A stretch of DNA of 64,000 nt from Candidatus Omnitrophota bacterium (GTDB taxonomy: Bacteria > Omnitrophota > Gorgyraeia > Pluralincolimonadales > Pluralincolimonadaceae), in contig PLNR01000011.1 of NCBI GenBank assembly GCA_003141835.1, positions 14,049-78,048 of the forward strand, given 5' to 3'. The position numbers and the translations under genes were made by a program. Shown in pieces: positions 39,755 through 50,559 of the stretch. The first letter of the stretch is position 1; each line of letters opens with the position of its first letter. A model generated the notes under the pieces. The model saw only the letters and a list, made by a program, of their open reading frames with translations, was not told where the DNA came from and made no database searches.

Positions 39755-39779
39755 CCGGCATTTAAGCCGCTATGCGGAC

Positions 39780-40757
39780 TTATTTTACCAACTGCCTCAC
39801 CCTCGGCGGGCAGGCGACGAAATGCCCCTGTTTGGCCTCCTTAAGCGAAGGCTCTTCTATCTTGCACCGGGGTTCCGCGTACGGGCAGCGGGGATGGAAC
39901 TTGCAGCCGGCAGGCGGAGATAAAGGAGACGGCAGTTCCCCTTTTACTATCATCTTTTTCTTCTTTCGCTCCGGCCCTATTGATACTGCCGAGAATAGGG
40001 CCTCGGTGTAAGGGTGTATCGGGAAAGAATAAAGCTCATCAGTAGAGGCGTATTCAAAGACCTTGCCCAAATACATTACCAAAACTGAATCGGATATCGA
40101 TTCTATGACCCGCAGGTCGTGCGAGATGAAAAGATACGACAATCCTAATTCCTTCTGGAGGTCGGTAAGCAATTTCAATATCTGCGCCTGGATCGAGAGG
40201 TCGAGCGATGAGACCGGTTCGTCGCAGACGATAAGTTTGGGGTCGGTCGCAAGCGCCCGCGCGATGCCTATCCTCTGGCGCTCCCCGCCGCTGAACTGGT
40301 GGGGATAGCGTTTCGCGTGATCGGCCTGCAGCCCGACCTTCGAAAGCAGGTCCAGGACTTTCTGCCGGCGCGCTTTGGCGTCGCCGATGCCGTGGACCAA
40401 AAGCGGTTCGCTTAATATCTCGCCTATTTTCATCCTCGGGTTCAGGGAATTATACGGGTCCTGGAATACGACCTGTAATCTTTTCCTCAGCGGCCGCATC
40501 CTCTCCTGCGAGAGGCCGGTTATCTCCTGCCCTTCGAATGAGATCTTCCCTGCCGTAGGATCAAGGAGATTCAATATTATCCTGGCCAGCGTAGTCTTGC
40601 CGCAGCCGGATTCCCCGACGAGGCCGAGCGTCTTTCCGGCTTCGACATCGAATGATATCCCGTCGACTGCCTTGACCTCGCCTACGATATGGCGGGTAAA
40701 GCCTCTCGCCACCGGGAAATATTTTTTTACGCCTTTTACCGAAAGGATCGGCTGCAC
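39780..40757 (-). CDS. oppF: Oligopeptide/dipeptide ABC transporter ATPase (OppF-like)
   Basis: GESGCGKT, FQDPY.SLNPR, YPHQFSGG, DEP, HPYT, GC.FHPRC. Confidence 0.9.
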   Translation of the reverse strand: MQPILSVKGVKKYFPVARGFTRHIVGEVKAVDGISFDVEAGKTLGLVGESGCGKTTLARIILNLLDPTAGKISFEGQEITGLSQERMRPLRKRLQVVFQDPYNSLNPRMKIGEILSEPLLVHGIGDAKARRQKVLDLLSKVGLQADHAKRYPHQFSGGERQRIGIARALATDPKLIVCDEPVSSLDLSIQAQILKLLTDLQKELGLSYLFISHDLRVIESISDSVLVMYLGKVFEYASTDELYSFPIHPYTEALFSAVSIGPERKKKKMIVKGELPSPLSPPAGCKFHPRCPYAEPRCKIEEPSLKEAKQGHFVACPPRVRQLVK

Positions 40758-40758
40758 T

Positions 40759-41556
40759 CTATCTCCTGCTCATCTTCGGGATGCAATCGATAAGTTTTTT
40801 CGTATATGGATGCGACGGTTTCTTGTATATCATGTCTGTATCGCCGTATTCGACGATCTTTCCTTCCTGCATCACCGCGGTCTTCTCAGCGACCTGCGAG
40901 ACTATCGAAAGGTCGTGGGTTATCAAAAGGACCGTAAGCTTAAGCTCCTCCCTTAATTTCTCGAGGAGTTCGAGGATCTGTGCCTGGATGGTCACGTCGA
41001 GCGCGGTCGTCGGCTCATCGGCGATCAGGAGTTTCGGCCTGCATGATATCGCCATCGCTATCATCACCCTTTGCTTCATCCCGCCGGAGAGCTGGTGTGG
41101 ATATGAGAACATCACTTCCTTCGGAGAAGGCATCCCGACATCTTTTAGCAGGCCGACCGCGATATCGAACGCCCTATCCTCCCTTGAGCCCTGATGGAGG
41201 CGTATCGTCTCGATAAGCTGCTCGCCTATGGTAAAGACAGGGTTAAGCGATGTCGCCGGGTCCTGGAACACATAGGAGACCTTCGCCCCCCTTATATTCC
41301 TGAGTTGCTCTTCGGCTAATTTAAACATCTCCCGGCCGTCGAATAATATCTCGCCCTTGGTTATTTCGGCCGATCCCGGGAGGAGCCGCGTCACGGAAAG
41401 CGCGGTAACGGATTTTCCGGAACCTGATTCGCCGACGAGGCCGAGGATCTCGCCCTCGTAGACTTTCAGGTTCGCGCCCCTGACCGCCTCGATAGTCTTC
41501 TCGCCCTGCCTGAAATCGACATACAAATTTTTTATCTCTAACAACGGCTCTTTCAT
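40759..41556 (-). CDS. oppD: Oligopeptide ABC transporter ATPase (OppD-like, short C-terminus)
   Basis: GESGSGKS, YPHQLSGGM.QR, ADEPTTALDVT.QAQI. Confidence 0.9.
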   Translation of the reverse strand: MKEPLLEIKNLYVDFRQGEKTIEAVRGANLKVYEGEILGLVGESGSGKSVTALSVTRLLPGSAEITKGEILFDGREMFKLAEEQLRNIRGAKVSYVFQDPATSLNPVFTIGEQLIETIRLHQGSREDRAFDIAVGLLKDVGMPSPKEVMFSYPHQLSGGMKQRVMIAMAISCRPKLLIADEPTTALDVTIQAQILELLEKLREELKLTVLLITHDLSIVSQVAEKTAVMQEGKIVEYGDTDMIYKKPSHPYTKKLIDCIPKMSRR

Positions 41557-42362
41557 GCTTTCCTATGCGGGTTGAAATGTTCGCGCAACCCTTCTCCTAA
41601 TAGATTATAGCCCAATACGGTGATCAATATCGCGAAGCCGGGGAATACCGTGATCCACCAGGCGATGCCTAAGGTTGATTTCGCCTCGGTAAGGATATTG
41701 CCCCAGCTCGGCGTAGGCGGCTGGACGCCGAGGCCAAGGAAACTTAAACCCGATTCCAGCAGTATCGCGCCGGCAACGCCCAAAGTCGCGCTGACAAGGA
41801 CCGGGCCTAGCGCGTTCGGTATAAGGTGCCTCGTAATGATCCTTAAGTCGCTGGCTCCGGTAGCCCTCGCCGCCTCGATGAATTCGCGCTCCTTTAAACT
41901 TAAAATCTCAGCCCGGATCAAACGCGCTACTCCCATCCAACTGGTTAGTCCTATTACAACCATAATAGTAAAAATACTTGGCCCTATCCTCGCTATAACT
42001 GAAAGTATCAGGAAAAATGTGGGAAAACAAAGCATTATATCTATAAACCGGCAAATCGCATTATCAGTTAATCCACCATAGTAACCAGCCAGAGAACCAA
42101 GAATAAGGCCAATTATGACCGCTATCCCGACCGCCACGAAACCTACCAACAAAGATATCCTCCCGCCGTATGCCATGCGCGCGAAGAGGTCGCGGCCGAG
42201 CGAGTCGGTCCCCATCGGGTGTTCGTGCGAAGGCGGCAACAGCGCCTTCTCAAGATTTATCGCGCTCGGGTCGTAACGGCTCACCTGCGGGGCGAATATC
42301 GCGAGGAAGCCCATCACGCAGACTATAATAATGCCGAAAGCGGTGAGTTTATTTATCTTCAT
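41553..42362 (-). CDS. oppC: Oligopeptide ABC transporter permease (OppC-like)
   Basis: GTD.LGRD, EAARA.GA, HL.PN, LSFLGLG..PP.PSWG. Confidence 0.9.
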   Translation of the reverse strand: MKINKLTAFGIIIVCVMGFLAIFAPQVSRYDPSAINLEKALLPPSHEHPMGTDSLGRDLFARMAYGGRISLLVGFVAVGIAVIIGLILGSLAGYYGGLTDNAICRFIDIMLCFPTFFLILSVIARIGPSIFTIMVVIGLTSWMGVARLIRAEILSLKEREFIEAARATGASDLRIITRHLIPNALGPVLVSATLGVAGAILLESGLSFLGLGVQPPTPSWGNILTEAKSTLGIAWWITVFPGFAILITVLGYNLLGEGLREHFNPHRKA

Positions 42363-43339
42363 CTCTTCTCCCCCACGCGTATCCGCGGGTCGACGCAGGC
42401 GTACATCACGTCGGCCAGTAGGTTGCCGAGAAGAGTAAGGATCGCGCCAACGAAGAGTATTCCCATTATCACCGGGTAATCGCGCGCCATGACCGAATCG
42501 AAGAAGAGCTTTCCCATCCCCGGGATCGCGTAGATAGATTCGAATATGACGCTGCCGCCGATCAACCCCGGGACAGAGAGCCCGATTATCGTCACTATAG
42601 GCAAGAGCGCGTTCTTGAGCGCGTGTTTGTAAATGACATCCTTCTCGGAAAGCCCCTTTGCCCTCGCAGTCCTTATAAAATCCTTATGCATGACCTCGAG
42701 CATGCTGGTACGCATATAACGGGATATGCCTGCGAGCCCGCCGAAAGCCGAGACAAAAACAGGCAGTATCAGATGCCGCGAGACGTCCGCTATCTTCTGG
42801 AGGAAATTAAGCTCCTCGAAATCGAGGGATTTTATTCCTGATATCGGCAGCCATCCGAGCTGCACGCCGAATAAGCTCATCGCCAGTAGCGCCAGCCAGA
42901 AGGTCGGCGTCGCGAAACCGATAAAAACAAAAACCGTCGAGGCCCTGTCAAAAAGGGAATTTTCTTTTACCGCGCTCATTATACCGATAGGCACCGCGAT
43001 CAGGAATATCAGGAAGAGCGATAAGAGTTCTATCGTTATCGTGATGGGTATGCGTTCGCCGATCTTGACTAGGACCGGCCTCTCGTCGGTAAAGGATTTT
43101 CCGAAGTCGAGGACAACGAGTTTCTTTACCCATTGCCAATACTGGACGTATACCGGCTTATCGAGTCCGTAGAGCCTGTCGAGCTTCTCCATCGCCTCGA
43201 GCGTTATCTTCGGCGACATCTCAGCCTGCAGGCGCGTCGGTTTTCCCGGCGAGAGGTGTATCACGAAAAATGTGACGATTGTTATCCCGAATAGCACGGG
43301 CAGGAGGCCGAGCAGCCGTTTTACGATATAGGTCACCAT
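42359..43339 (-). CDS. oppB: Oligopeptide ABC transporter permease (OppB-like)
   Basis: [29 protein letters not shown]. Confidence 0.9.
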   Translation of the reverse strand: MVTYIVKRLLGLLPVLFGITIVTFFVIHLSPGKPTRLQAEMSPKITLEAMEKLDRLYGLDKPVYVQYWQWVKKLVVLDFGKSFTDERPVLVKIGERIPITITIELLSLFLIFLIAVPIGIMSAVKENSLFDRASTVFVFIGFATPTFWLALLAMSLFGVQLGWLPISGIKSLDFEELNFLQKIADVSRHLILPVFVSAFGGLAGISRYMRTSMLEVMHKDFIRTARAKGLSEKDVIYKHALKNALLPIVTIIGLSVPGLIGGSVIFESIYAIPGMGKLFFDSVMARDYPVIMGILFVGAILTLLGNLLADVMYACVDPRIRVGEKR

Positions 43340-44934
43340 CTCGTGTATTTCTGTTCCTCTTTAGGGACGTTCCACTTAATGAAATTATAACCGATCCCTG
43401 CCGGCGCCGGCTCGATGCCCTTGAACCTCGCGTGGACTATCGGCAGCGCGTCCGGCACGAATAAAAATATGTACGGATGGTTATCGAATATTAATTGGTG
43501 GACCTTATTATATATCTCTTTCCTCTTTCTCTCGTCAAATTCGCGGCGGCCTTCCTCAAGGAGGGAGTCCACTTCCTTATTCTCGTAGCCGACGAAATTG
43601 AACTCGCCCGGCCTCTGCTTGGAGGAATGCCAGATGTCAAAACAGTCAGGGTCGCGGGAGAGGTTCCAACCCATTATGACCGCCTCGAACTTGTGTTTGT
43701 CTATGAACTCGGACAATAAGGTGGCCCATTCGATAGGCCTTATATCGACCTCAATACAGACCTCCTTCAATCTCCTCTGGATTATCTCGGCGCATGTCTT
43801 GCGCGGATCGTTGCCCTGGTTGATAAGCAGGGTGAACTTGAATCTCTTCCCTTCCTTATCGAGCCAGCCGTCGCTATCATGGTCTTTCCAGCCCGCTTCC
43901 TTCAATAACTCCTTCGCCTTTTTCGGGTCATACGGGGCGGGTTTTACTTCCTTATTATACGCCCAAGACTCCGGCGGGAACGGGCCTGTCGAGACCCTGC
44001 CCAGCCCCAAAAGCACCCCCTTTATTATCTCATCCTTATCGATGGCGTAATCGAGGGCAAGCCTGACACGGCTGTCAGCGAAAAGCGGGTCTTTCATGTT
44101 AAGGCCCAGGTAAGTATAACCAAACGAGGGATACTTATATTTCTTATAATATTTCTTGAAAAAAGGCGTGTCTGTCTGGCGCGCGTATTGGAGCGGGGTC
44201 AGCTGCTCGACCATATCGACGCCCTGCGTCTGCAATTCGAGGAATGTCGTCGCCTGGTCAGGGATTATCCTGTATATATACCTGTTTATATAAGGGCGGC
44301 CTTCATAGTAATCCGGGTTCGAGACAAGGACTATCTTCTCGCCTGTCTTCCACTCTTTGAATTTATAGGGCCCGGTCCCGACCGGGTTGCGCGAGAACTT
44401 CGTGTTGCTGAGGTCTTCTTTCTCGAGTATATGCTTCGGCATTATCCACATACCCCAGCTGGAAAGCCCGGGAGAGAACGGTTCTTTGTAAGTCACCTTA
44501 ACGGTATGGTCGTCAAGGGCCTCAAGGGATTTAACCCGCTCGAAATCCCCGCTGTACGGGGTCTTTACGTTGGGGTCTATGAGTTTTTGGTAAGTGAATT
44601 CTACGTCGCTTGCGGTGAAGGGCCGGCCATCGTGCCATCTTACGTTCTTTCGCAGATGGAAGATTATGACTAAGCCGTCTTCCTTAATATCCCAGCTTTC
44701 AGCTAGATCGCCCTCAAGATTGAGGTCCTTGTCGTAGCGGATAAGGCCGTTAAAGACAAGGCCGCAAATATCCGCCGAGGCAGAATCAGATGCGAGGATA
44801 GGGACGAGCGTCGAGGCATCGCCTATAGAGGCGGTGATGATGGCGTCGCCGTAATCGGCCGCCGCCGCAGGTGAGGAAAAGCCAAGAGACAGCAATACCA
44901 ATATCCCAACGATCCGGGATATTGGTATCAGCAT
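43333..44934 (-). CDS. oppA: Peptide ABC transporter substrate-binding protein (family 5)
   Basis: Signal peptide; LAESW, LR.NVRWHDG.PFTA.DV.FT, PVGTGPY. Confidence 0.9.
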   Translation of the reverse strand: MLIPISRIVGILVLLSLGFSSPAAAADYGDAIITASIGDASTLVPILASDSASADICGLVFNGLIRYDKDLNLEGDLAESWDIKEDGLVIIFHLRKNVRWHDGRPFTASDVEFTYQKLIDPNVKTPYSGDFERVKSLEALDDHTVKVTYKEPFSPGLSSWGMWIMPKHILEKEDLSNTKFSRNPVGTGPYKFKEWKTGEKIVLVSNPDYYEGRPYINRYIYRIIPDQATTFLELQTQGVDMVEQLTPLQYARQTDTPFFKKYYKKYKYPSFGYTYLGLNMKDPLFADSRVRLALDYAIDKDEIIKGVLLGLGRVSTGPFPPESWAYNKEVKPAPYDPKKAKELLKEAGWKDHDSDGWLDKEGKRFKFTLLINQGNDPRKTCAEIIQRRLKEVCIEVDIRPIEWATLLSEFIDKHKFEAVIMGWNLSRDPDCFDIWHSSKQRPGEFNFVGYENKEVDSLLEEGRREFDERKRKEIYNKVHQLIFDNHPYIFLFVPDALPIVHARFKGIEPAPAGIGYNFIKWNVPKEEQKYTRW

Positions 44935-44949
44935 ATATCTCCCCCTGTT

Positions 44950-45309
44950 TTACTTATTAGGAGTTTGTTGTCCGGTAGTACCGGCCGGAGGCAAGTTCGT
45001 CTGAGGCGCCGGGACAGCTGCTTTGGCCGGGGCCATCTTCTCTTCCTTCGAAACTTCCCTCTCGACCACGGATCCGGCTCTCTCGGTGCTCATCAGCGCC
45101 AGTGTCGTAGAGGTCACCAGGAAGAGTACTGCGCAAGCCGCGGTCGCTTTCGTAAGGAAAGACGACGCCTTGGTCCCCAGCATAGACTGGAGGCCACCGC
45201 TTCCGCCGAACGTCTCGGATATCCCGCCGCCTTTACCCGCCTGGAGCAGGATCACCATTATCAGGACTACACACGCGATCACATGCAAAGTTATCAAGAA
45301 CGCGAACAT
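44950..45309 (-). CDS. secG: Preprotein translocase subunit SecG
   Basis: ILLQAGKGGG...FGG between two TM helices; directly after tpiA. Confidence 0.93.
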   Translation of the reverse strand: MFAFLITLHVIACVVLIMVILLQAGKGGGISETFGGSGGLQSMLGTKASSFLTKATAACAVLFLVTSTTLALMSTERAGSVVEREVSKEEKMAPAKAAVPAPQTNLPPAGTTGQQTPNK

Positions 45310-45341
45310 CTTATTTCTACTCCTTTTTAACGGGAACTAAT

Positions 45342-46100
45342 TCATTTCTTCCCTTGTCTTACTATTTCGGCGAAATCCTTTACTTTAAGGCTCGCCCCTC
45401 CGACCAGCGCCCCGTCAATGTCAGGGCCGGCCATAATGCTCCTTGTGTTGTCGGGTTTTACGCTCCCGCCGTATTGTATCCTCACCTCGGATGATACATC
45501 TTCGCCGTAAGCTTTTTTCAGCAGCTCGCGGATAAATTTATGCACTTCCTGAGCCTGCTCCGGCGTCGCTGTCCTTCCGGTGCCGATCGCCCAGACAGGT
45601 TCGTAGGCAATCACTATCTTGGCGACGTCTTCTTTGGAGAGGCCGGCTAAACCGCCTTCGACATGGTTCTTTACCACATCAAAGGTCTTGCCGGAATCGC
45701 GCTCTTCAAGGCGCTCGCCTACGCACATTATCGGCGTCAGGCCGTGTTTTAAGGCGGCTTTGACCTTCTTGTTCACCGTTTCATTGGTCTCGTGGAAATA
45801 AGTCCTGCGCTCGGAATGGCCGATTATGCAGAATTTGCAGCCGAGGTCGGTGAGCATCTTTGGGGCGACTTCACCGGTATAAGCGCCTTCCTCTTCCCAG
45901 AAGATATCCTGCGCGCCGTATCCGATGTTCGAACCCTTGAGCGCTTCCGCGACTTTTGGTATCGCGGTAAACGGCGGACATACGACTATGTCCACCCCTG
46001 TCTCGCCTTTGAGTTCATTCTTCAGGCCATTGACGAGCTCTAACGCCTCGCCGGTGGTCTTGTACATCTTCCAGTTGCCTGCGATTATAGGTTTTCTCAT
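45342..46100 (-). CDS. tpiA: Triosephosphate isomerase
   Basis: AGNWKM, IGHSERR, AYEPVWAIGTG, YGGSV, GALVGGASL. Confidence 0.98.
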   Translation of the reverse strand: MRKPIIAGNWKMYKTTGEALELVNGLKNELKGETGVDIVVCPPFTAIPKVAEALKGSNIGYGAQDIFWEEEGAYTGEVAPKMLTDLGCKFCIIGHSERRTYFHETNETVNKKVKAALKHGLTPIMCVGERLEERDSGKTFDVVKNHVEGGLAGLSKEDVAKIVIAYEPVWAIGTGRTATPEQAQEVHKFIRELLKKAYGEDVSSEVRIQYGGSVKPDNTRSIMAGPDIDGALVGGASLKVKDFAEIVRQGKK

Positions 46101-46131
46101 TATATCCTTTCAACTAATAACTTTGATGAGG

Positions 46132-46208
46132 GCGGGTCCTGCCTGCCGAGCACCTCGTCCCTTTTGCTTCGTGCAAAATGGCCAAGGGCTCCGTCGGCAG
46201 TCACCCGC
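46132..46208. repeat. Nested palindromic intergenic element (REP-like) between pgk and tpiA
   Basis: GCGGGT/ACCCGC outer arms, CTGCCGA/TCGGCAG middle arms, TTTTGC-TTCGT-GCAAAA apical hairpin. Confidence 0.55.
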
Positions 46209-46213
46209 TGACA

Positions 46214-47440
46214 TTACTTATCAGTTAAAGCTTTTATCCCAGGCAGGACTTTGCCTTCGAGATATTCGAGCGAGGCGCCGCCGCCGGTTGAGATGTGCGT
46301 CATCTTGTCTTCAAGTTTGAACTTGGCTATCGCGGCTGCCGTGTCGCCGCCGCCGATTATCGATATAACTTTGCTCCCGGTGCAGCCGGCGCAGCCGGAG
46401 TTGCTTCCGCTCGAAAGGCATGCAATATATTTTGCGACCTCCTCGGTCCCCTTGGAGAACTTATCCATCTCGAATACGCCGAGCGGGCCGTTCCAGACGA
46501 TCGTCTTAGCGCTCTTCAACACGTTCTTGAACGCCTCGACCGTCTTCGGTCCGATATCCAATCCCATCCATCCGTCAGGGATCTGGTCCCCGACCACCTT
46601 CGTGTTCGCGTTCGCGTCGAATTTGTCCGCGATGATGTTATCGACCGGCAGGACTATGTTGACTTTCTTTTGTTTGGCTTTTTCGAGAAGAGACTTCGCT
46701 ATATCTATTTTATCCTTCTCGACCTTTGAGGCGCCTATCGACCTGCCCTGCGCCGCGTAAAATGTGTAGGCCATCCCGCCGCCGATGAGTATCGAATCAA
46801 CCTTGTCCAAAAGGTTCTCAATGACACCTATCTTGTCCGAGACCTTCGCGCCGCCGAGTATCGTCACGAACGGCTTTGCAGGGTTCATGACCTTATCTTC
46901 GAGGTACTCTATCTCTTTTTCAAGAAGGAAACCCGCCGCCGACTTTTGAAAATACTTTGTCACGCCTTCTGTAGACGCGTGCGCGCGGTGCGCGGTCCCG
47001 AAAGCGTCGTTGACGAATACGTCACCTAAGCTCGCGAGCTCTTTCGCGAAATTCGCGTCGTTGGCTTCTTCCTCGGCGTGGAAACGCAGGTTCTCGAGGA
47101 GTATGCACTCACCCGGCTTCATGGCATCTGCCATCGCCTTGACCTCGGGCCCGATGCAATCTTTGGCCATCTTCACCGGCTTGCCGAGCAATTTGCTAAG
47201 CCTTTCGGCGCAGGGCGCCAGGCTGTACTTCGCCGTGACCTTGCCATCAGGCCTTCCAAGGTGGCTGATCAGGACAAGTTTCGCGCCTTTGTCGAGCGCG
47301 TATTTTATCGTCGGCAAAGTCGCCTTTATCCTCGTGTCATCTGTTATGTTCAGTTTATCATCGAGCGGGACATTAAAGTCGACGCGCATCAATACGCGCT
47401 TGCCTTTAAGGTCCAGGTCTTTTATCGTAAGCTTGTTCAT
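46214..47440 (-). CDS. pgk: Phosphoglycerate kinase
   Basis: [56 protein letters not shown]. Confidence 0.98.
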   Translation of the reverse strand: MNKLTIKDLDLKGKRVLMRVDFNVPLDDKLNITDDTRIKATLPTIKYALDKGAKLVLISHLGRPDGKVTAKYSLAPCAERLSKLLGKPVKMAKDCIGPEVKAMADAMKPGECILLENLRFHAEEEANDANFAKELASLGDVFVNDAFGTAHRAHASTEGVTKYFQKSAAGFLLEKEIEYLEDKVMNPAKPFVTILGGAKVSDKIGVIENLLDKVDSILIGGGMAYTFYAAQGRSIGASKVEKDKIDIAKSLLEKAKQKKVNIVLPVDNIIADKFDANANTKVVGDQIPDGWMGLDIGPKTVEAFKNVLKSAKTIVWNGPLGVFEMDKFSKGTEEVAKYIACLSSGSNSGCAGCTGSKVISIIGGGDTAAAIAKFKLEDKMTHISTGGGASLEYLEGKVLPGIKALTDK

Positions 47441-47443
47441 GTA

Positions 47444-48526
<1,083 letters not shown>

Positions 48527-49525
48527 TTACAGGGATACTTCCCTTAAAGCCCAGGCGGCTATCTCCGGAGGGGTCTGGTTCAGGTAGAAGCCGGTGCCCC
48601 ACTCGAATCCTGCCGTCCTTCCCAGCCTGGGCATGACCTCTATGTGCCAGTGGTAATCCGCCATTTCGCGGGAATCCAGGGGCGAGGTATGTATTATAAA
48701 ATTATATGAGGGATCTTTCAAGGCTATTTTCATCCGCACCAGCGTCTCTTTGAGTATCCGCGCGAGGTCGGTTATCTCTTCCTTCTGGATATAGCTGAAC
48801 TCAGCGCTGTGGAGTTTCGGGAATATCGAGAACTCGAACGGGAACCTCGAGACGAAAGGCGCGAACGCGATGAAACTCTTGTTCTCGGCTATGACCCGCT
48901 CCCTCTCTTCTATCTCCTGGTGTATCATGTCGCAGAATACGCATCTCTCCCTATACTCATAATACCTCTCGGACCAGCTGATCTCCTCGACCACACGCTT
49001 AGGTATGATCGGTAGCGCGATGAGCTGCGAATGCGGATGCTCAAGCGAGGCGCCGGCGGATACGCCGTAATTCTTGAATATCAATATATATTTAAACCTC
49101 TTGTCGCCCTTAAGGTCGAGGCTCCTGTTACGGTACGCCCATATGACCTTCTCGATATCGCCATCAGCCAGGTCGGCGAGCTCCTTGTTATGGTCGGGGT
49201 TCTCGATGATTACCTCGTGCGCGCCGATGCCGTTCATCATGTCGTACATGCCGACGCCAATCCTGTCGATATTGCCCTCGACCCTTAAGGCCGGGAATTT
49301 ATTCGGGATGACCCGCGTCTGCCAGCCCGGCGTGTTGGACTTGCTGCCCTCCTTGCGGTCGGCGAATATCTCCGGCGGGGTCATGGCCTCGTTGCCCGGG
49401 CAGAACGGGCAAACGCCGCCCCTCTTGACATGGGCCTCGACCTCGTAATCGGAAGGGTTCTTGGGCTTGTCGATCTCTATTATTACCCACCTGCCTGTTA
49501 TCGGGTCCCTGCGTAATTCAGCCAT
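48527..49525 (-). CDS. galT: Galactose-1-phosphate uridylyltransferase family protein (paralogue 2)
   Basis: ELRRDP, CPFC, PNKFPAL, GAHEVIIE, GASLEHPHSQ, HWHIE, AGFEWG.G. Confidence 0.88.
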   Translation of the reverse strand: MAELRRDPITGRWVIIEIDKPKNPSDYEVEAHVKRGGVCPFCPGNEAMTPPEIFADRKEGSKSNTPGWQTRVIPNKFPALRVEGNIDRIGVGMYDMMNGIGAHEVIIENPDHNKELADLADGDIEKVIWAYRNRSLDLKGDKRFKYILIFKNYGVSAGASLEHPHSQLIALPIIPKRVVEEISWSERYYEYRERCVFCDMIHQEIEERERVIAENKSFIAFAPFVSRFPFEFSIFPKLHSAEFSYIQKEEITDLARILKETLVRMKIALKDPSYNFIIHTSPLDSREMADYHWHIEVMPRLGRTAGFEWGTGFYLNQTPPEIAAWALREVSL

Positions 49526-49527
49526 AG

Positions 49528-50559
49528 TTATTCGATCCCGCTTAAGTATTTGGCCGCGTCTTCAGGCGGGGTCGGGTTGATATAGAACCCGCTGCCCCAC
49601 TCGAAACCCGCAGTCCTGGTTAGCCTCGGCATTATCTCGAGGTGCCAGTGGAAATCGTCGTCTATCGTCCTCCAGTATCCCGCCTTAGGCATGCGGAATG
49701 GCGCGGTATGGAGGATTATGTTATACGGCGGGTCGACGAGCGCCTTCTTCAATTTCGTGAGCGAGAGCTTGAGTATCCTCGCCAGTGCCGCCCTGTCTCC
49801 GACCGGGAGGTGAGCGAAATCCGCGCTGTGTTTCTTCGGGAGGATCCACATCTCGAACGGGAACCTCGACGCGAAAGGCGCGAACGCTACAAAACCGTCC
49901 ACGTCCGCGACGATCCGCTTGCCCGTGTCCAGCTCCTGTTTTATGACATCGCAGAATATGCAGCGTTCCTTATATTCGAAATACTGGCGCGAGCCGACCA
50001 ATTCGTCCTTGAGCCGGATAGGGTTAACCGGCATCGCGATAAGCTGGGAATGGGCGTGGCGTATCCTCCCTGAACCCGCGGCGAGGCCGTAATTCTTGAA
50101 AAGGAGCGCGTATTTAAAACGCGGGTCCCTGCCGAGGTCAGTGATGCGCTCTATATATGCGGTTATCGAATCAGTGATCTGCTGCTCGGAAAGGTCAGCC
50201 ATATTATAGATATGCTGGGGAGTCTCGACGATTATCTCGTGCGCGCCGATGCCGTTGATTACGTCGTATATGCCCCTGCCGTGCCGTTCTATCTTGCCTT
50301 CCACCTTAAGGACCGGCGAGACAGATGGGACAACCCTGACCTTCCATCCCGGCGAACCGGGTTTTGTGCCGTGGTCGCGAATAGAGAAGATCTCCGGCTG
50401 AGGCGTCTGGTCTTCCTTGCCTTCGCAGAACGGGCAAGGCGGTTCGGCCATCTTCTCCTCGGATACGGAATGAGGGACGAAATCGGTGGGGCGGCGCGCC
50501 CTCTCGGTCGCGACTATCACCCACCTTCCGATTATCGGGTCTTTCCTGAATTCAGGCAT
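49528..50559 (-). CDS. galT: Galactose-1-phosphate uridylyltransferase family protein (paralogue 1)
   Basis: EFRKDP, ERARRP, CPFC, GAHEIIVE, RHAHSQL, HWHLE, AGFEWG.G. Confidence 0.85.
   Translation of the reverse strand: MPEFRKDPIIGRWVIVATERARRPTDFVPHSVSEEKMAEPPCPFCEGKEDQTPQPEIFSIRDHGTKPGSPGWKVRVVPSVSPVLKVEGKIERHGRGIYDVINGIGAHEIIVETPQHIYNMADLSEQQITDSITAYIERITDLGRDPRFKYALLFKNYGLAAGSGRIRHAHSQLIAMPVNPIRLKDELVGSRQYFEYKERCIFCDVIKQELDTGKRIVADVDGFVAFAPFASRFPFEMWILPKKHSADFAHLPVGDRAALARILKLSLTKLKKALVDPPYNIILHTAPFRMPKAGYWRTIDDDFHWHLEIMPRLTRTAGFEWGSGFYINPTPPEDAAKYLSGIE

Noticed and set aside
40759-41556. OppD as a truncated pseudogene
   Set aside because: The ABC core is intact through HPYT and ends 1 bp before oppF; short OppD forms lacking the Cys-rich tail are plausible.
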